From Acidobacteriota bacterium (GTDB taxonomy: Bacteria; Acidobacteriota; Terriglobia; UBA7540): 64,000 nt of DNA. Below the pieces are notes generated by a model. That model was not told where the DNA came from. It did no database searches and saw nothing but the letters and a program-made list of their open reading frames with translations. The stretch is taken from NCBI GenBank assembly GCA_004298155.1, contig SCRD01000025.1:21022-85021 (forward strand). The letters are read 5' to 3'. Positions 18,258 through 28,439 of this stretch are shown piece after piece. A program made the translations under genes and the position numbers. Numbering within the stretch: the first letter of the stretch is position 1; each line of letters starts with the position of its first letter.

Positions 18258-19364
18258 ATGAATCCAAGCGAAATTCAGCACCTAAACGCGGCCAGGCGGC
18301 AGCGCTTGCAGGAGCAATTTGAGCGTAAAAAGATCGCCTCTTTGCTCGTTACCAGCCTGCCCAACATTTATTACCTTACAGGTTTCCGCGGCAGCGCCGG
18401 AGTGGCGCTGGTGGGCCCGTCGGAGACCATCCTGTGGGTTGACCCGCGGTATACTCTGCAGGCGACTGAACAAGCAGTGGGAGTCGAAGTTATTGAGGCA
18501 AAGAGTGGCCTTTTGAAGGAGGCCGCGGGCTGGATTCGGAAAAAGCGCCTGGGGCCTGTGGGCTATGATGATGCGGTTATGACCTGCCGTGAGTTCGCCG
18601 GTCTCGAACGGGTCGGCGGCCGCAGCCGGCGATGGGTTCCGGCGGGTGGAATGGTCGAAGACCTGCGGACCATCAAGGACTCCGTGGAGTCTGAGTGGAT
18701 TCGGAAGGCTGGGAAGCTCACCGCCGAGGTTTTCGAAGAGGTCAGGAGCAGGATTCGTCCAGGAGCGAGGGAAAGCGAATTGGCGGCTGAAATTGAATAC
18801 CGGATGAAGCGGAAAGGCGCCGAAGGCGCGGCTTTCGAAACCATCGTGGCTTCCGGAGAGCGGAGCGCCTGGCCGCACGCCAGGCCGTCTGCCAAGTTGT
18901 TGAGAGAAAACGACTTGGTTATCTTTGATCTCGGTGCTATACTTGCTGGATATGCAGCCGATATGACGCGGACCCTTTATCTGGGAAAGCCGCCAGCTCG
19001 GGTTCGGACGCTCTACAACAAGGTACGCGAGGCCCAAGAACGCGCAATTCAGGTAGCGCGGGCAGGAAGGCTGACCGGAGACGTCGATGCGGTTGCCCGT
19101 AAGGTCCTGAAAAGTAGAAAGCTGGAGCGGTATTTCACGCACAGCACGGGGCACGGCGTAGGGCTTGAAATCCATGAAATGCCACGGGTAAGCCGCGGTG
19201 ATAAAGGGCGGCTTCGGCCGGGGTATGTTATAACAGTAGAGCCGGGCGTATATCTGGAAGGTTTAGGGGGAGTTCGGATTGAGGACACGGTCCTGGTGAC
19301 CGATGGCAATCCGGAGGTTCTGACACCTGCCAGCAAAGACATCTGGTCTGTAGTTCAGGACTGA
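18258..19364 (+). CDS. Xaa-Pro aminopeptidase / M24B family peptidase
   Basis: Creatinase-like N-domain (LPNIYYLTGF) and a pita-bread fold with metal ligands in FDLGA..GYAADMTRT, HSTGHGVGLEIHE and ITVEPG..IEDTV. Confidence 0.85.
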   Translation: MNPSEIQHLNAARRQRLQEQFERKKIASLLVTSLPNIYYLTGFRGSAGVALVGPSETILWVDPRYTLQATEQAVGVEVIEAKSGLLKEAAGWIRKKRLGPVGYDDAVMTCREFAGLERVGGRSRRWVPAGGMVEDLRTIKDSVESEWIRKAGKLTAEVFEEVRSRIRPGARESELAAEIEYRMKRKGAEGAAFETIVASGERSAWPHARPSAKLLRENDLVIFDLGAILAGYAADMTRTLYLGKPPARVRTLYNKVREAQERAIQVARAGRLTGDVDAVARKVLKSRKLERYFTHSTGHGVGLEIHEMPRVSRGDKGRLRPGYVITVEPGVYLEGLGGVRIEDTVLVTDGNPEVLTPASKDIWSVVQD

Positions 19365-19386
19365 GGCGTAGGGGAAAAAGAAGAAT

Positions 19387-19929
19387 ATGCCTGCCAAGAA
19401 ACCATCCCGCGCAGGGGAAGCAGAGTCCGAGCGGAGCTGGGAGCTCAAAGAGATCCAGCAACTGATCGACCTGCTGATTGAGCGGGAAGTTGCAGAATTT
19501 GAGATGGAAAAGAACGGGACTCGAATCCGCATCTTGCGACAGGTCTCCGCCGGATCGGCTCCAGTTTTGCCTTCTCCTGTGAACTCGAGTGGCGATTCCC
19601 CCTGGCAGGCTTCTGAACCTGTTGCCGCGACAGTACTACCCCATGAGTCTGCGGCACCGGAGCCGCAGCCCGAAGCGCCTTCAGAGAACGCAAACGTGCT
19701 GAAGTCGCCAATCGTCGGGACGTACTTTGCTGCGCCTTCGCCGGACGCCCCTCCGTTTGTCAGTGTGGGTGACCGCGTCCAGGTGGGCCAGGTGCTTTGC
19801 ATTGTTGAAGCCATGAAACTGATGAATGAGATCGAGTCGGAATTTGCCGGCGAGATTGTGCGTATCCATGTTGAAAACGGCCAGCCGGTAGAATACGGAC
19901 AGCCCCTCTTTACCATCAAGCCTTCTTAA
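19387..19929 (+). CDS. accB: Biotin carboxyl carrier protein of acetyl-CoA carboxylase
   Basis: [13 protein letters not shown] biotinyl-Lys motif, a Pro/Ala-rich linker, and position directly upstream of accC. Confidence 0.9.
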   Translation: MPAKKPSRAGEAESERSWELKEIQQLIDLLIEREVAEFEMEKNGTRIRILRQVSAGSAPVLPSPVNSSGDSPWQASEPVAATVLPHESAAPEPQPEAPSENANVLKSPIVGTYFAAPSPDAPPFVSVGDRVQVGQVLCIVEAMKLMNEIESEFAGEIVRIHVENGQPVEYGQPLFTIKPS

Positions 19930-19999
19930 AGAAGCGAAGTTCCAGTGTGACCTCTAGCGGGCCGCCGGAGGAGTCGGGGCCGTACCGCCAGCGTGACGC

Positions 20000-21349
20000 A
20001 TGTTTGGGAAGATTCTGATAGCTAATCGGGGAGAAATTGCGCTGCGGGTGATCTGCGCCTGCAAGGAACTGGGAATCCCCACCGTCGCCGTTTATTCTGA
20101 GGCTGACCGCTATTCGCTCCACGTGCGATTTGCGGATGAGGCCGTCTGCATCGGTCCGGCAAAGAGCTCGGAAAGTTATCTCAACGTGGCGGCCATCATC
20201 TCAGCAGCGGAGATAACGGGCGCGGATGCCATCCATCCCGGGTACGGCTTCCTGGCTGAAAACCCCAAATTTGCCGATGTCTGTGAAACCTGCAAGCTGA
20301 CCTTTATCGGCCCCCCGCCCCAGGCGATCCATCTGATGGGCGACAAAAACATGGCGCGAAAGCGCATGGCGGAACTCGGCTTGCCCGTTCTTCCCGGGAC
20401 GGAAGTGCTCACGTCCGAAGAAGAAGCCCTGGGGGCCGCGGATGAGATCGGCTATCCCGTTATGGTGAAGGCTGCGGCGGGTGGCGGCGGCAAAGGAATG
20501 CGGATTATCAACTCTCCCGCGGAGCTGCCAAATCTCCTCCAGATGGCGCAAAACGAAGCCGAAGCATCCTTCGGTTCGTCGGATGTATATCTTGAGAAGT
20601 ATATTTCGTCTCCCCGGCATATCGAATTTCAGGTGATGGCAGACACGCATGGGAGGGTCATTCATCTTGGCGAGCGCGAATGCACCATCCAGCGGCGCCA
20701 CCAGAAAGTGCTGGAAGAATCGCCTTCCACCCAGATCGATGCTGAGACCCGGCGGGAGATAGGCTGTAAAGTGATCCGCGCGCTCAAGGAAGTTGGTTAT
20801 ACGAACGCCGGGACGGTAGAATTCCTGATGGACGAAAACCGTGACCTTTATTTCCTTGAGATGAATGCCAGGATTCAGGTGGAACATCCTGTGACAGAGA
20901 TGGTGACGGGACTTGACCTGGTGAAGATGCAAATCCAGGTTGCCGCCGGCCTTTCGCTTCCCGTTGAAGGCGACACCGTCGGCCTTCGTGGCCACTCCAT
21001 TGAATGCCGGATTTGCGCGGAAGATCCTGAGACGTTTGCGCCGTCGGCCGGCAAAATCACCGGGTTCCATGTGCCTGGAGGCACCGGCGTCCGGGTTGAC
21101 ACGGCTGCCTATGCGGAATCGATCATTCCACCTTACTACGACTCGCTGATTGCCAAGCTCGTGGTCCATGGGAAAGACCGTCCTGAAGCTATACAGAGAA
21201 TGGCGCGGGCCCTTGAGATGTTTATCATCGAAGGAATTTCCACTTCTATTCCGTTGCAGGAAAAGATCCTTGCTGATGCCGACTTTCGCGCCGGCAGATT
21301 TGACACCCAGTTTCTCAATCGTTTCAGCCGCAACGGTACGGGCAAGTGA
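20000..21349 (+). CDS. accC: Biotin carboxylase
   Basis: [18 protein letters not shown], an ATP-grasp domain ([14 protein letters not shown]), [12 protein letters not shown] and [14 protein letters not shown]. Confidence 0.95.
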   Translation: MFGKILIANRGEIALRVICACKELGIPTVAVYSEADRYSLHVRFADEAVCIGPAKSSESYLNVAAIISAAEITGADAIHPGYGFLAENPKFADVCETCKLTFIGPPPQAIHLMGDKNMARKRMAELGLPVLPGTEVLTSEEEALGAADEIGYPVMVKAAAGGGGKGMRIINSPAELPNLLQMAQNEAEASFGSSDVYLEKYISSPRHIEFQVMADTHGRVIHLGERECTIQRRHQKVLEESPSTQIDAETRREIGCKVIRALKEVGYTNAGTVEFLMDENRDLYFLEMNARIQVEHPVTEMVTGLDLVKMQIQVAAGLSLPVEGDTVGLRGHSIECRICAEDPETFAPSAGKITGFHVPGGTGVRVDTAAYAESIIPPYYDSLIAKLVVHGKDRPEAIQRMARALEMFIIEGISTSIPLQEKILADADFRAGRFDTQFLNRFSRNGTGK

Positions 21350-21374
21350 TCCAGACCGGTCCCGGTCCTGACTT

Positions 21375-21998
21375 ATGGATTTTCGGCTGCCGCGCCTTTA
21401 TGCCATCATTGACCCAGCCCGAACCAGGGGTATGGAGCCCGTGGTTGTTGCGGACATCCTTCTTTCTTCAGGCGTCCGCCTGATTCAATATCGAGGCAAG
21501 CAGGATACCTCGCGTCGGATGTTCGATGCCAGTTGCGCCATTGCCGAACACGCGCGGCAGGCCGGAGCGATATTTATTGTCAATGACAGGGCGGATGTGG
21601 CCTTGTTGAGCGGCGCCAGCGGCGTGCACCTCGGCCAGGATGATCTGCCGGTGGAACTTGCGCGCCGCGTCCTTGCTGCCAGCCAGATCGTGGGCCTCTC
21701 GACCCATACGCGGACACAGTTTGAAGATGCGCAAGCGGCCTCGGCTGACTACATCGCTTTTGGGCCGATTTTCCCCACCCTAAGCAAAGAAAGTCCCGAT
21801 CCGGTGGTGGGCCTCGAACGATTGCGCGAAATTCGCGAGCTCACGCGCAAGCCCATAGTGGCTATCGGCGGAATAACGCTTGACAATGCGGCTTCGGTCA
21901 TCGAAGCTGGAGCGGAATCCGTGGCCGTAATCCATGACCTGCTGGCAGCGCAGGACATCGGAGCGCAAGCGAGGAAATTCCTGCAAACGCTCGGCTGA
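21375..21998 (+). CDS. thiE: Thiamine-phosphate synthase
   Basis: LYAIID start, IQYRGK, NDRADVAL, GVHLGQDD, and FGPIFPT..K near IGGI. Confidence 0.85.
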   Translation: MDFRLPRLYAIIDPARTRGMEPVVVADILLSSGVRLIQYRGKQDTSRRMFDASCAIAEHARQAGAIFIVNDRADVALLSGASGVHLGQDDLPVELARRVLAASQIVGLSTHTRTQFEDAQAASADYIAFGPIFPTLSKESPDPVVGLERLREIRELTRKPIVAIGGITLDNAASVIEAGAESVAVIHDLLAAQDIGAQARKFLQTLG

Positions 21999-22064
21999 TG
22001 TGCGTTCGAAGGTTTGGGTCAGCATCCCGGGAAGGCCATCTCTCAAAACGAAGGGATTGCCAGC

Positions 22065-23513
22065 ATGGCTGCGACGGTAGCTAACAACTCCGCCACGGAA
22101 CCTGGCTCAGCAGAACTGGTCAAAGGACTGGGGCTGCTGGATTGCACCACGATCGTAATGGGCTCGATGATCGGATCGGGCATCTTTATCGTGGCCGCCG
22201 AGATAGCGCGCGAGGTCGGCTCGCCAGGGCTTTTCCTGCTGTCTTGGATTATCAGCGGCATCATGACGGTTTCGGCAGCGGTTACTTACGGCGAACTGGC
22301 CGCCATGATGCCGAAAGCCGGAGGCCAATACGTTTACCTGCGCGAGGCCTTCAGCCCGCTCTTCGGCTTTCTTTATGGCTGGACGCTCTTCCTGGTGATC
22401 CAGACAGGCACCATTGCCGCGGTCGCCGTCGCCTTCGGCAAGTTTCTGGGGTTTTTCTTTCCGTGGATATCTGAACGGAACTACCTGCTGAACCTGGGAA
22501 GCGTCGCGATTTTTGGGCATCCGGTAGCCTTGACTCTTTCCACGCAGCAGGGCATTGCCATTGCCGTGCTGCTGGGCCTGGGCATCGTCAATATCTTCGG
22601 TCTTCGCACGGGCGCATGGATTCAGAATATTTTCACTATTCTAAAAGTGGGCGCCCTCGTGGGGTTGGTGGTGGCGGGGCTATGGTGGGAAGCAAACCGA
22701 ACACGGGCAGCGGTGGTACATACAAGCTTCTGGGGAAACGCTCGCTGGGACACAGCCGCACTAACCATCCTGGCGGTTGCGCTTGTGGGCCCTCTATTTT
22801 CGTCGGATGCATGGAACAACGTTACCTTTACGGGCGCCGAGGTCAAAAACGCCAAGCGCAACCTCCCTCTGGCGCTGCTGATCGGCACTGGCGTTGTATG
22901 CTGCATCTATTTTCTGACCAACGTAATATACATTCGAGCTCTGCCGTTTGCCGCGATCCAACACGCTCCCGAAGACCGTGTGGCGACGGCAGTCATGGAA
23001 GCCATGGTGGGATCAAAAGGGGCGGGGCTGATGGCCGCCGCGATTGTCATCTCCACGTTTGGTTGCATGAATGGAATGAGTCTGGCCGGCGCAAGGGTCT
23101 ATTACGCCATGGCCCGGGACCGGCTGTTCTTTTCAAAAGTGGGCAAAGTGAGCCCTAAATACCACACGCCGGCGGTTTCGCTGATGGTCCAGGCGGTTTG
23201 GGCCTCCCTGCTGACTCTGAGCGGCACTTACAACGAGTTGCTGGATTACGTGATTTTTGCGGTGCTGCTATTCTATATTTTGACTATCCTTGGCCTTTTC
23301 CGGTTGCGCAGGACGCGGCCGGACGCCCCGCGTCCTTACCGGGCGTGGGGGTACCCGGTCGTGCCTGTCCTATACATCGTGCTTGCTTTGTTTATTGAAT
23401 GGGCTTTATTGATGAACCGGCCGGCGCGGAGCCTGGCAGGCCTCGGGATTGTGGCCGTAGGAATCCCAATCTATTTCCTCTGGCACAGGCGGAGCTTTCC
23501 GGCTGGCGGGTAA
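22065..23513 (+). CDS. APC-superfamily amino acid permease
   Basis: About 12 TM helices, GSMIGSGIF, and PKAGGQYVYLREAF. The ATG at 22065 is preferred over the TTG at 22014. Confidence 0.85.
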   Translation: MAATVANNSATEPGSAELVKGLGLLDCTTIVMGSMIGSGIFIVAAEIAREVGSPGLFLLSWIISGIMTVSAAVTYGELAAMMPKAGGQYVYLREAFSPLFGFLYGWTLFLVIQTGTIAAVAVAFGKFLGFFFPWISERNYLLNLGSVAIFGHPVALTLSTQQGIAIAVLLGLGIVNIFGLRTGAWIQNIFTILKVGALVGLVVAGLWWEANRTRAAVVHTSFWGNARWDTAALTILAVALVGPLFSSDAWNNVTFTGAEVKNAKRNLPLALLIGTGVVCCIYFLTNVIYIRALPFAAIQHAPEDRVATAVMEAMVGSKGAGLMAAAIVISTFGCMNGMSLAGARVYYAMARDRLFFSKVGKVSPKYHTPAVSLMVQAVWASLLTLSGTYNELLDYVIFAVLLFYILTILGLFRLRRTRPDAPRPYRAWGYPVVPVLYIVLALFIEWALLMNRPARSLAGLGIVAVGIPIYFLWHRRSFPAGG

Positions 23514-23531
23514 GAACAATTTGGAGGCAGG

Positions 23532-25013
23532 ATGTCTGATTTATGGGTGAAAAAGAGCATCGAACAATTACGCCAGGAATCCGTAGATGGTGAATGTGGG
23601 CTGCGCCGCGCGCTGGGACCCATCGCCCTGATTTCGCTCGGTATCGGCGCCATCGTGGGAGCTGGAATCTTTGTCATCAGCGGCGTCGCTGTCCAGCACA
23701 CCGGGCCAGCCCTGGTGCTCTCCGTAATTCTTTCCGGCATTGGCTGCGCCTTTGCGGGACTCTGCTACTCGGAATTTGCTTCTATGATTCCGATTGCCGG
23801 CAGTGCTTACACCTACGCCTACGCAACCATCGGCGAGTTCCTCGCCTGGATTATCGGCTGGGACCTGATTCTTGAATATGCCGTAGGCGCTACAACCGTA
23901 TCCATTGGATGGTCCGGTTACACGCTCTCCTTTCTACGGACGCTCCATATTCCCTTCCCGGCGGCGCTGGCCAGCAGCCCCTGGACGCCGATGAAAAATG
24001 CGAATGGGACCGTGGTCCATGCCTATTTCAACTTTCCGGCGTTTTTTATCATTGCCGTGATTACTGTGTTGCTGATTCTGGGCATCCGTGAATCGGCAAG
24101 TTTCAACAATGTTGTCGTCATCATTAAGGTGATGGTCCTGCTGCTGTTTATCGGGGTGTGCGCGCTCTTTATCACCAGGGCCAACTGGGTCCCCTTTCTG
24201 CCCCCGAATACGGGGACTTTTGGGGATTTTGGATGGAGTGGCGTCCTGCGCGGGGCCGGCCTGATCTTTTTTGCTTACATCGGGTTTGATGCCGTCTCGA
24301 CGGCCGCGCAGGAAGCCCGCAACCCGGAGCGTGATATGCCGATCGGCATCATGGGTTCCCTGGGAATATCCACGGTGATTTACATCGGGGTTGTCCTGGT
24401 TCTGACCGGAGTTACACCCTTTACCCGTCTGAACGTCCCAGACCCGCTTGCCGTTGCGGTTGACTCGACTTCCGCCCACTGGCTCTCGCCAATTGTTAAA
24501 GCCGGCGCCATCCTGGGGACAACCGCGGTGATTCTGGTGATGCTGCTGGGCCAGACGCGTATCTTCTACACCATGGCCTCCGACGGCTTGCTGCCCAGGG
24601 TTTTCGGCACGGTCCATCCGCGCTATCGAACGCCTTATAAGAGCACAGCGCTGGTTGGTGTGCTGGTAGCCGTGGCAGGTGGTCTTATTCCGCTGCGAAT
24701 TGTCGGGGAACTGGTCAGCATCGGCACCCTGCTGGCTTTCGTCATCGTTTGCGGGTCCGTCCTGGCGATGCGTAAGATGCGTCCTGATATCCATCGTCCG
24801 TTCCGTACTCCGGCTGTGTGGTTTGTCGCGCCGATGGGGATGATTGTCTGCCTGGCGCAAATGGTGGGCCTGCCTTTTGATACCTGGATTCGCTTATTTG
24901 TTTGGATGGCAATTGGATTTGTCATTTATTTCGGGTATAGCCGCCGCCACAGTCTTCTGCGCCGCGCCGGGAAGCAGTCTTCAGCAACTTCGGTTGCGAA
25001 AGCGGAAAGCTGA
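23532..25013 (+). CDS. APC-superfamily amino acid permease (cationic amino acid transporter-like)
   Basis: GIGAIVGAGIFVISG, FASMIPIAGSAYTYAY, and many TM helices. Confidence 0.85.
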   Translation: MSDLWVKKSIEQLRQESVDGECGLRRALGPIALISLGIGAIVGAGIFVISGVAVQHTGPALVLSVILSGIGCAFAGLCYSEFASMIPIAGSAYTYAYATIGEFLAWIIGWDLILEYAVGATTVSIGWSGYTLSFLRTLHIPFPAALASSPWTPMKNANGTVVHAYFNFPAFFIIAVITVLLILGIRESASFNNVVVIIKVMVLLLFIGVCALFITRANWVPFLPPNTGTFGDFGWSGVLRGAGLIFFAYIGFDAVSTAAQEARNPERDMPIGIMGSLGISTVIYIGVVLVLTGVTPFTRLNVPDPLAVAVDSTSAHWLSPIVKAGAILGTTAVILVMLLGQTRIFYTMASDGLLPRVFGTVHPRYRTPYKSTALVGVLVAVAGGLIPLRIVGELVSIGTLLAFVIVCGSVLAMRKMRPDIHRPFRTPAVWFVAPMGMIVCLAQMVGLPFDTWIRLFVWMAIGFVIYFGYSRRHSLLRRAGKQSSATSVAKAES

Positions 25014-25137
25014 TTCAGGAGGGCTACCTTAATGGGAGCAATGCGGCGCCGTTCGCGTTCCGCTGCCGACCCAGCCTTTCTCGCCGCTTTGGACGGACAC
25101 GGGTTTTTCCGCTCGCCTGATGAGTCCGGGAGGGTGA

Positions 25138-27216
25138 GTGCTAGCCTCAGTCGTTGACTTGCTTCTCAGGGAATATCGCACGCGACCCATGGCGCGCTTT
25201 ACCGCATGGCTGCTGGCTTTTGGCACAGCCTTGTGGGTGGAAGGCATCATCTCGGGCGGAGCCCCGGGGTTGCTGTGGGCCCTGTTTGTCATTGGGCTGG
25301 CTGTTTCTGCTGGTTATTATCTTGTCCGGCTGACCGGCGCTTTCAAACATTACATCCTTTGGCACCTCCGCCGAAGGCTTGTTGTCACTTACATCTTTAT
25401 TGCTGTTGTTCCTATCGTTCTGATCCTGGTTCTGTTGGGAGTGGGTGCTGTCATACTCAACGGCCAGTTTGCCGCATTTCTGGTGACCCACAACGTCAAC
25501 GGCCAGGTCGAGAAGTTGGAGCAGTTAAATCGCATTGTGGCCCACGAGGCCTACCTGAGCCGGGCAAGAACTCCGAGCCAGCTGTTGGACCAGTTGCAAC
25601 AGTTCTACGTACAACAGCTTTCCCAGCATTCCGCAAATTATCCTGGCCTTGAGGTCGTGCTTCGTGTGGACAACGAGGCGCGCGCGTTTGATCTCAACGG
25701 CACGCCAATCTCCAGCGTGTCCACCATTCCCGCCTGGTTCAAGGCGGAAGAGTTTTCAGGCGTTGTATCAGATGGCGGCGGGCTGTTTCTGCGAGCTGCT
25801 GATCAGGGCAATACGCCCGCCGGGCGGATCACGATGATTCTTTCAGAGCCGTTCAGGCCAGAGTTGATGGACCTGCTTGGCCAAGGCATCGGGCCGGTCG
25901 GCGTCATACAGGCAAGTATCGTCGATGCAGTTTCGATGCAGGCCGTAAAAGAGAGTCTGCCGGGGTCTGCCGGAGGTAAGCCCCAGGAGCAAGTCATCGC
26001 GCGCTCAAGATCGCTTCACCTCCCGCCGCCGGCCAACTTGCTGGACACCGATGTCTTTGGAACCTCCTCATTGGATGTCATCCGCTGGAACGGTACGGAG
26101 GAGGGTTCTCTTTCCCAGCCGGTTTTTGTGTCCGTTACTTCCAGGTTATCCATTCTCAGCCGGCACCTGCTTGCTACGCTTGGCCAATATTCCCGAATTT
26201 ATCTCACCGCGTTCCTGGTGATAGCAATTGTTTTCCTTGCTATTGAACTCCTTTCACTAGTTGCCGGAATCCGCCTGGTCCGCACAATTACTGGGACGGT
26301 TGACCGGTTGTATGAGGCTACAGAACACATTCGAGCCGGTGATCTTTCCCACCGGATTAGCATGCCGGCGCAGGACCAACTGAGTTCACTGGGCGGGGCC
26401 TTCGACAATATGATGGAATCGCTTCAAACCCTCTTGCGCGAGTCGCAGGAAAAGACCCGGCTGGAACACGACATCCAGATCGCTCACGAGATCCAGGAGC
26501 AGTTGTTCCCGAGCGGAGCTCCAAAGGTGGCAGGGCTGGAACTTTACGGCATCTGCCGGCCGGCCCGGGGAGTCAGCGGTGATTACTACGACTTTCTCCC
26601 GATAGGCAACGAAAAGGTTGGAATGGTGCTGGGTGACGTCAGCGGCAAGGGGGTTTCGGCAGCGTTGATCATGGCGGCCATCCAGTCTCTGATTCGGACC
26701 CGTCTTTATCTGGAGCCAACGCCGGGGAAGTCTGATTCTGACCGCTTCTCGACGGCGCGTTTCTTCAGCGTGTTGAACCAGCAGATGTTCGAAAATACCC
26801 CCGAAGAAAAGTATGCAACCTGCTTCTATGCCTTGTATGATTCTGGCACGCGCCAGCTCATTTATACGAACGCCGGCCATCCCGCACCGGTCCTTTTCCG
26901 AAAGGAAGAAGTGGTTCGCCTGGACGCTGGAGGAACGCCGTTGGGATTGATTTCACCGGTGTCTTATTGCGAGGCGAAGTTTGTTCTTGAGCCGGGAGAC
27001 ACTCTGGTCGCTTTTACCGACGGCTTCACGGAAAGTGAAAACAGTTTTGAGGACGAGTTTGGCGAACGTCGGCTGATTGAGGTGGTTCGGCGCGCAAAAG
27101 GGGGCCCGCTGCATGCGCTCGTAGATGAAGTTTACAGAAGCGTTGAAGAATGGACTGGCGGTGGCGAGCCGCAGGATGATATGACGCTGATCGTGGCCCG
27201 GGCGACCCCTGAGTGA
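25138..27216 (+). CDS. Membrane sensor PP2C (SpoIIE-type) serine phosphatase with HAMP domain
   Basis: N-terminal TM helices, a large extracytoplasmic segment and a second TM. HAMP region (VDRLYEATEHIRAGDLSHRI..AFDNMMESL), then a PP2C region (GVSGDYYDF, VLGDVSGKGVSAAL, TDGFTES, QDDMTLIV). The start could instead be the ATG at 25189. Confidence 0.85.
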   Translation: MLASVVDLLLREYRTRPMARFTAWLLAFGTALWVEGIISGGAPGLLWALFVIGLAVSAGYYLVRLTGAFKHYILWHLRRRLVVTYIFIAVVPIVLILVLLGVGAVILNGQFAAFLVTHNVNGQVEKLEQLNRIVAHEAYLSRARTPSQLLDQLQQFYVQQLSQHSANYPGLEVVLRVDNEARAFDLNGTPISSVSTIPAWFKAEEFSGVVSDGGGLFLRAADQGNTPAGRITMILSEPFRPELMDLLGQGIGPVGVIQASIVDAVSMQAVKESLPGSAGGKPQEQVIARSRSLHLPPPANLLDTDVFGTSSLDVIRWNGTEEGSLSQPVFVSVTSRLSILSRHLLATLGQYSRIYLTAFLVIAIVFLAIELLSLVAGIRLVRTITGTVDRLYEATEHIRAGDLSHRISMPAQDQLSSLGGAFDNMMESLQTLLRESQEKTRLEHDIQIAHEIQEQLFPSGAPKVAGLELYGICRPARGVSGDYYDFLPIGNEKVGMVLGDVSGKGVSAALIMAAIQSLIRTRLYLEPTPGKSDSDRFSTARFFSVLNQQMFENTPEEKYATCFYALYDSGTRQLIYTNAGHPAPVLFRKEEVVRLDAGGTPLGLISPVSYCEAKFVLEPGDTLVAFTDGFTESENSFEDEFGERRLIEVVRRAKGGPLHALVDEVYRSVEEWTGGGEPQDDMTLIVARATPE

Positions 27217-27431
27217 GGCCTCCTCCCGCCGTTGTCGATGCTCACGATGCTCAGTAAACTGAAGTTGCTTCACCGCTGGTTAGCGGCTTTCCCGCTCCAG
27301 ATGAGATCGAGCCAGGCCGAGGTTGGATGGAGCGGTCGGTTTGTGACGGTTGCATTTCAGTCGGTTTGTTCAAGCGAAGTCTGGAGAAGCTCCGGGGTGG
27401 TTGTCTCGTCAGCTCCGGGAGGAATAAGGCA

Positions 27432-28439
27432 GTGAAAAGCATCCGGACCGCTGGCCTCGTGAGTGCGCTTCTTATTGCTCTCCTTACCATCGGGACGGCA
27501 GGTTTCCATTTCGTTCAGGGATGGAGTTGGTTCAAATCCCTCTACGCGACGCTGATGACGGTTTCTACCATCGGCGGGGGGCCTGAAAATGAGCTGAACG
27601 GCCGGGGAGAAGTCTTCAATGCTATCCTGATTCTGCTTGGCGTTGCGACTGTGGGCTTTGCAATTGGAACGCTTACAAAGGCGATGATAGAATTCGAGTT
27701 GGGTTCGTTCTTTGGACGCCGCCGGATGGAAAAGGAAATTTCAGCCCTGAAAAGCCACTTTATCATTTGCGGCGTGGGCCGCGTGGGGCGCCGTGTCGCA
27801 TCGGAGGTTTCGGCACGCAAATTTCCTCTGGTTATTATTGAACGAGACCCTGCACGGGCTGCCTGGGCCCAGGAACGAGGCTTTCCGGTCATCATCGGAG
27901 ATGCCGCAAGCGAGGCCGTCCTGCGCAAGGCTCACATCGAATCCGCCCGAGCATTAGCCAGCGCCGTCACTTCTGACGCCCAGAACGTCTACATCGTTCT
28001 TACCGCGCGCGGCATTGCGCCTCACATTCCGATCGTGGCGCGCGCAAGCGAAGAAGACGCGGAATCGAAGCTTCTCAGGGCTGGAGCGACAACCGTCGTT
28101 TCACCTTATAGTTTTGCAGGGCAGCGCATCGCACGCACGCTGACCAGCCCCTATGTTCAGCGGTTTATTGATATGGCGCTTTCCTCCCTCAGCGAGACCA
28201 GCCTGGAGATTGAAGAAGTTAAGGTGGGGAATCCTTCCAACCTGGCGGGCAAGCGTCTGGAGGAAGCCAACATCCGTGACCGGTTTGGCCTGATTGTCCT
28301 TGCGATTCGCCATCAAGACGGCCAATTGGATTTCAATCCCAATTCAACCCAAACCATCGCCGCTGGCGACTATCTCATCGTGATGGGCAATTCGCAAAAT
28401 TTAAGACAGCTTGAATCCCAGGCAGGCGTTAAGGAATGA
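27432..28439 (+). CDS. 2-TM ion channel with tandem RCK (TrkA-N / TrkA-C) domains
   Basis: TM1, a pore helix plus filter LYATLMTVSTIGGGPE, and TM2. The RCK Rossmann region is FIICGVGRVGRRVA, followed by a TrkA-C-like EVKVGNPSNLAGKRLEE. The GTG at 27432 has GGGAGGA upstream. Confidence 0.8.
   Translation: MKSIRTAGLVSALLIALLTIGTAGFHFVQGWSWFKSLYATLMTVSTIGGGPENELNGRGEVFNAILILLGVATVGFAIGTLTKAMIEFELGSFFGRRRMEKEISALKSHFIICGVGRVGRRVASEVSARKFPLVIIERDPARAAWAQERGFPVIIGDAASEAVLRKAHIESARALASAVTSDAQNVYIVLTARGIAPHIPIVARASEEDAESKLLRAGATTVVSPYSFAGQRIARTLTSPYVQRFIDMALSSLSETSLEIEEVKVGNPSNLAGKRLEEANIRDRFGLIVLAIRHQDGQLDFNPNSTQTIAAGDYLIVMGNSQNLRQLESQAGVKE

Noticed and set aside
21350-21374. TPP riboswitch upstream of thiE.
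   Set aside because: Only about 25 nt separate accC and thiE, which leaves no room for a THI-box aptamer.
27525-27545. tRNA-like T-loop strings (GGTTCAAATCC at about 27530, and GGTTCGAAACC at about 48131).
   Set aside because: Both lie inside well-supported coding regions and lack acceptor or anticodon arm complementarity.
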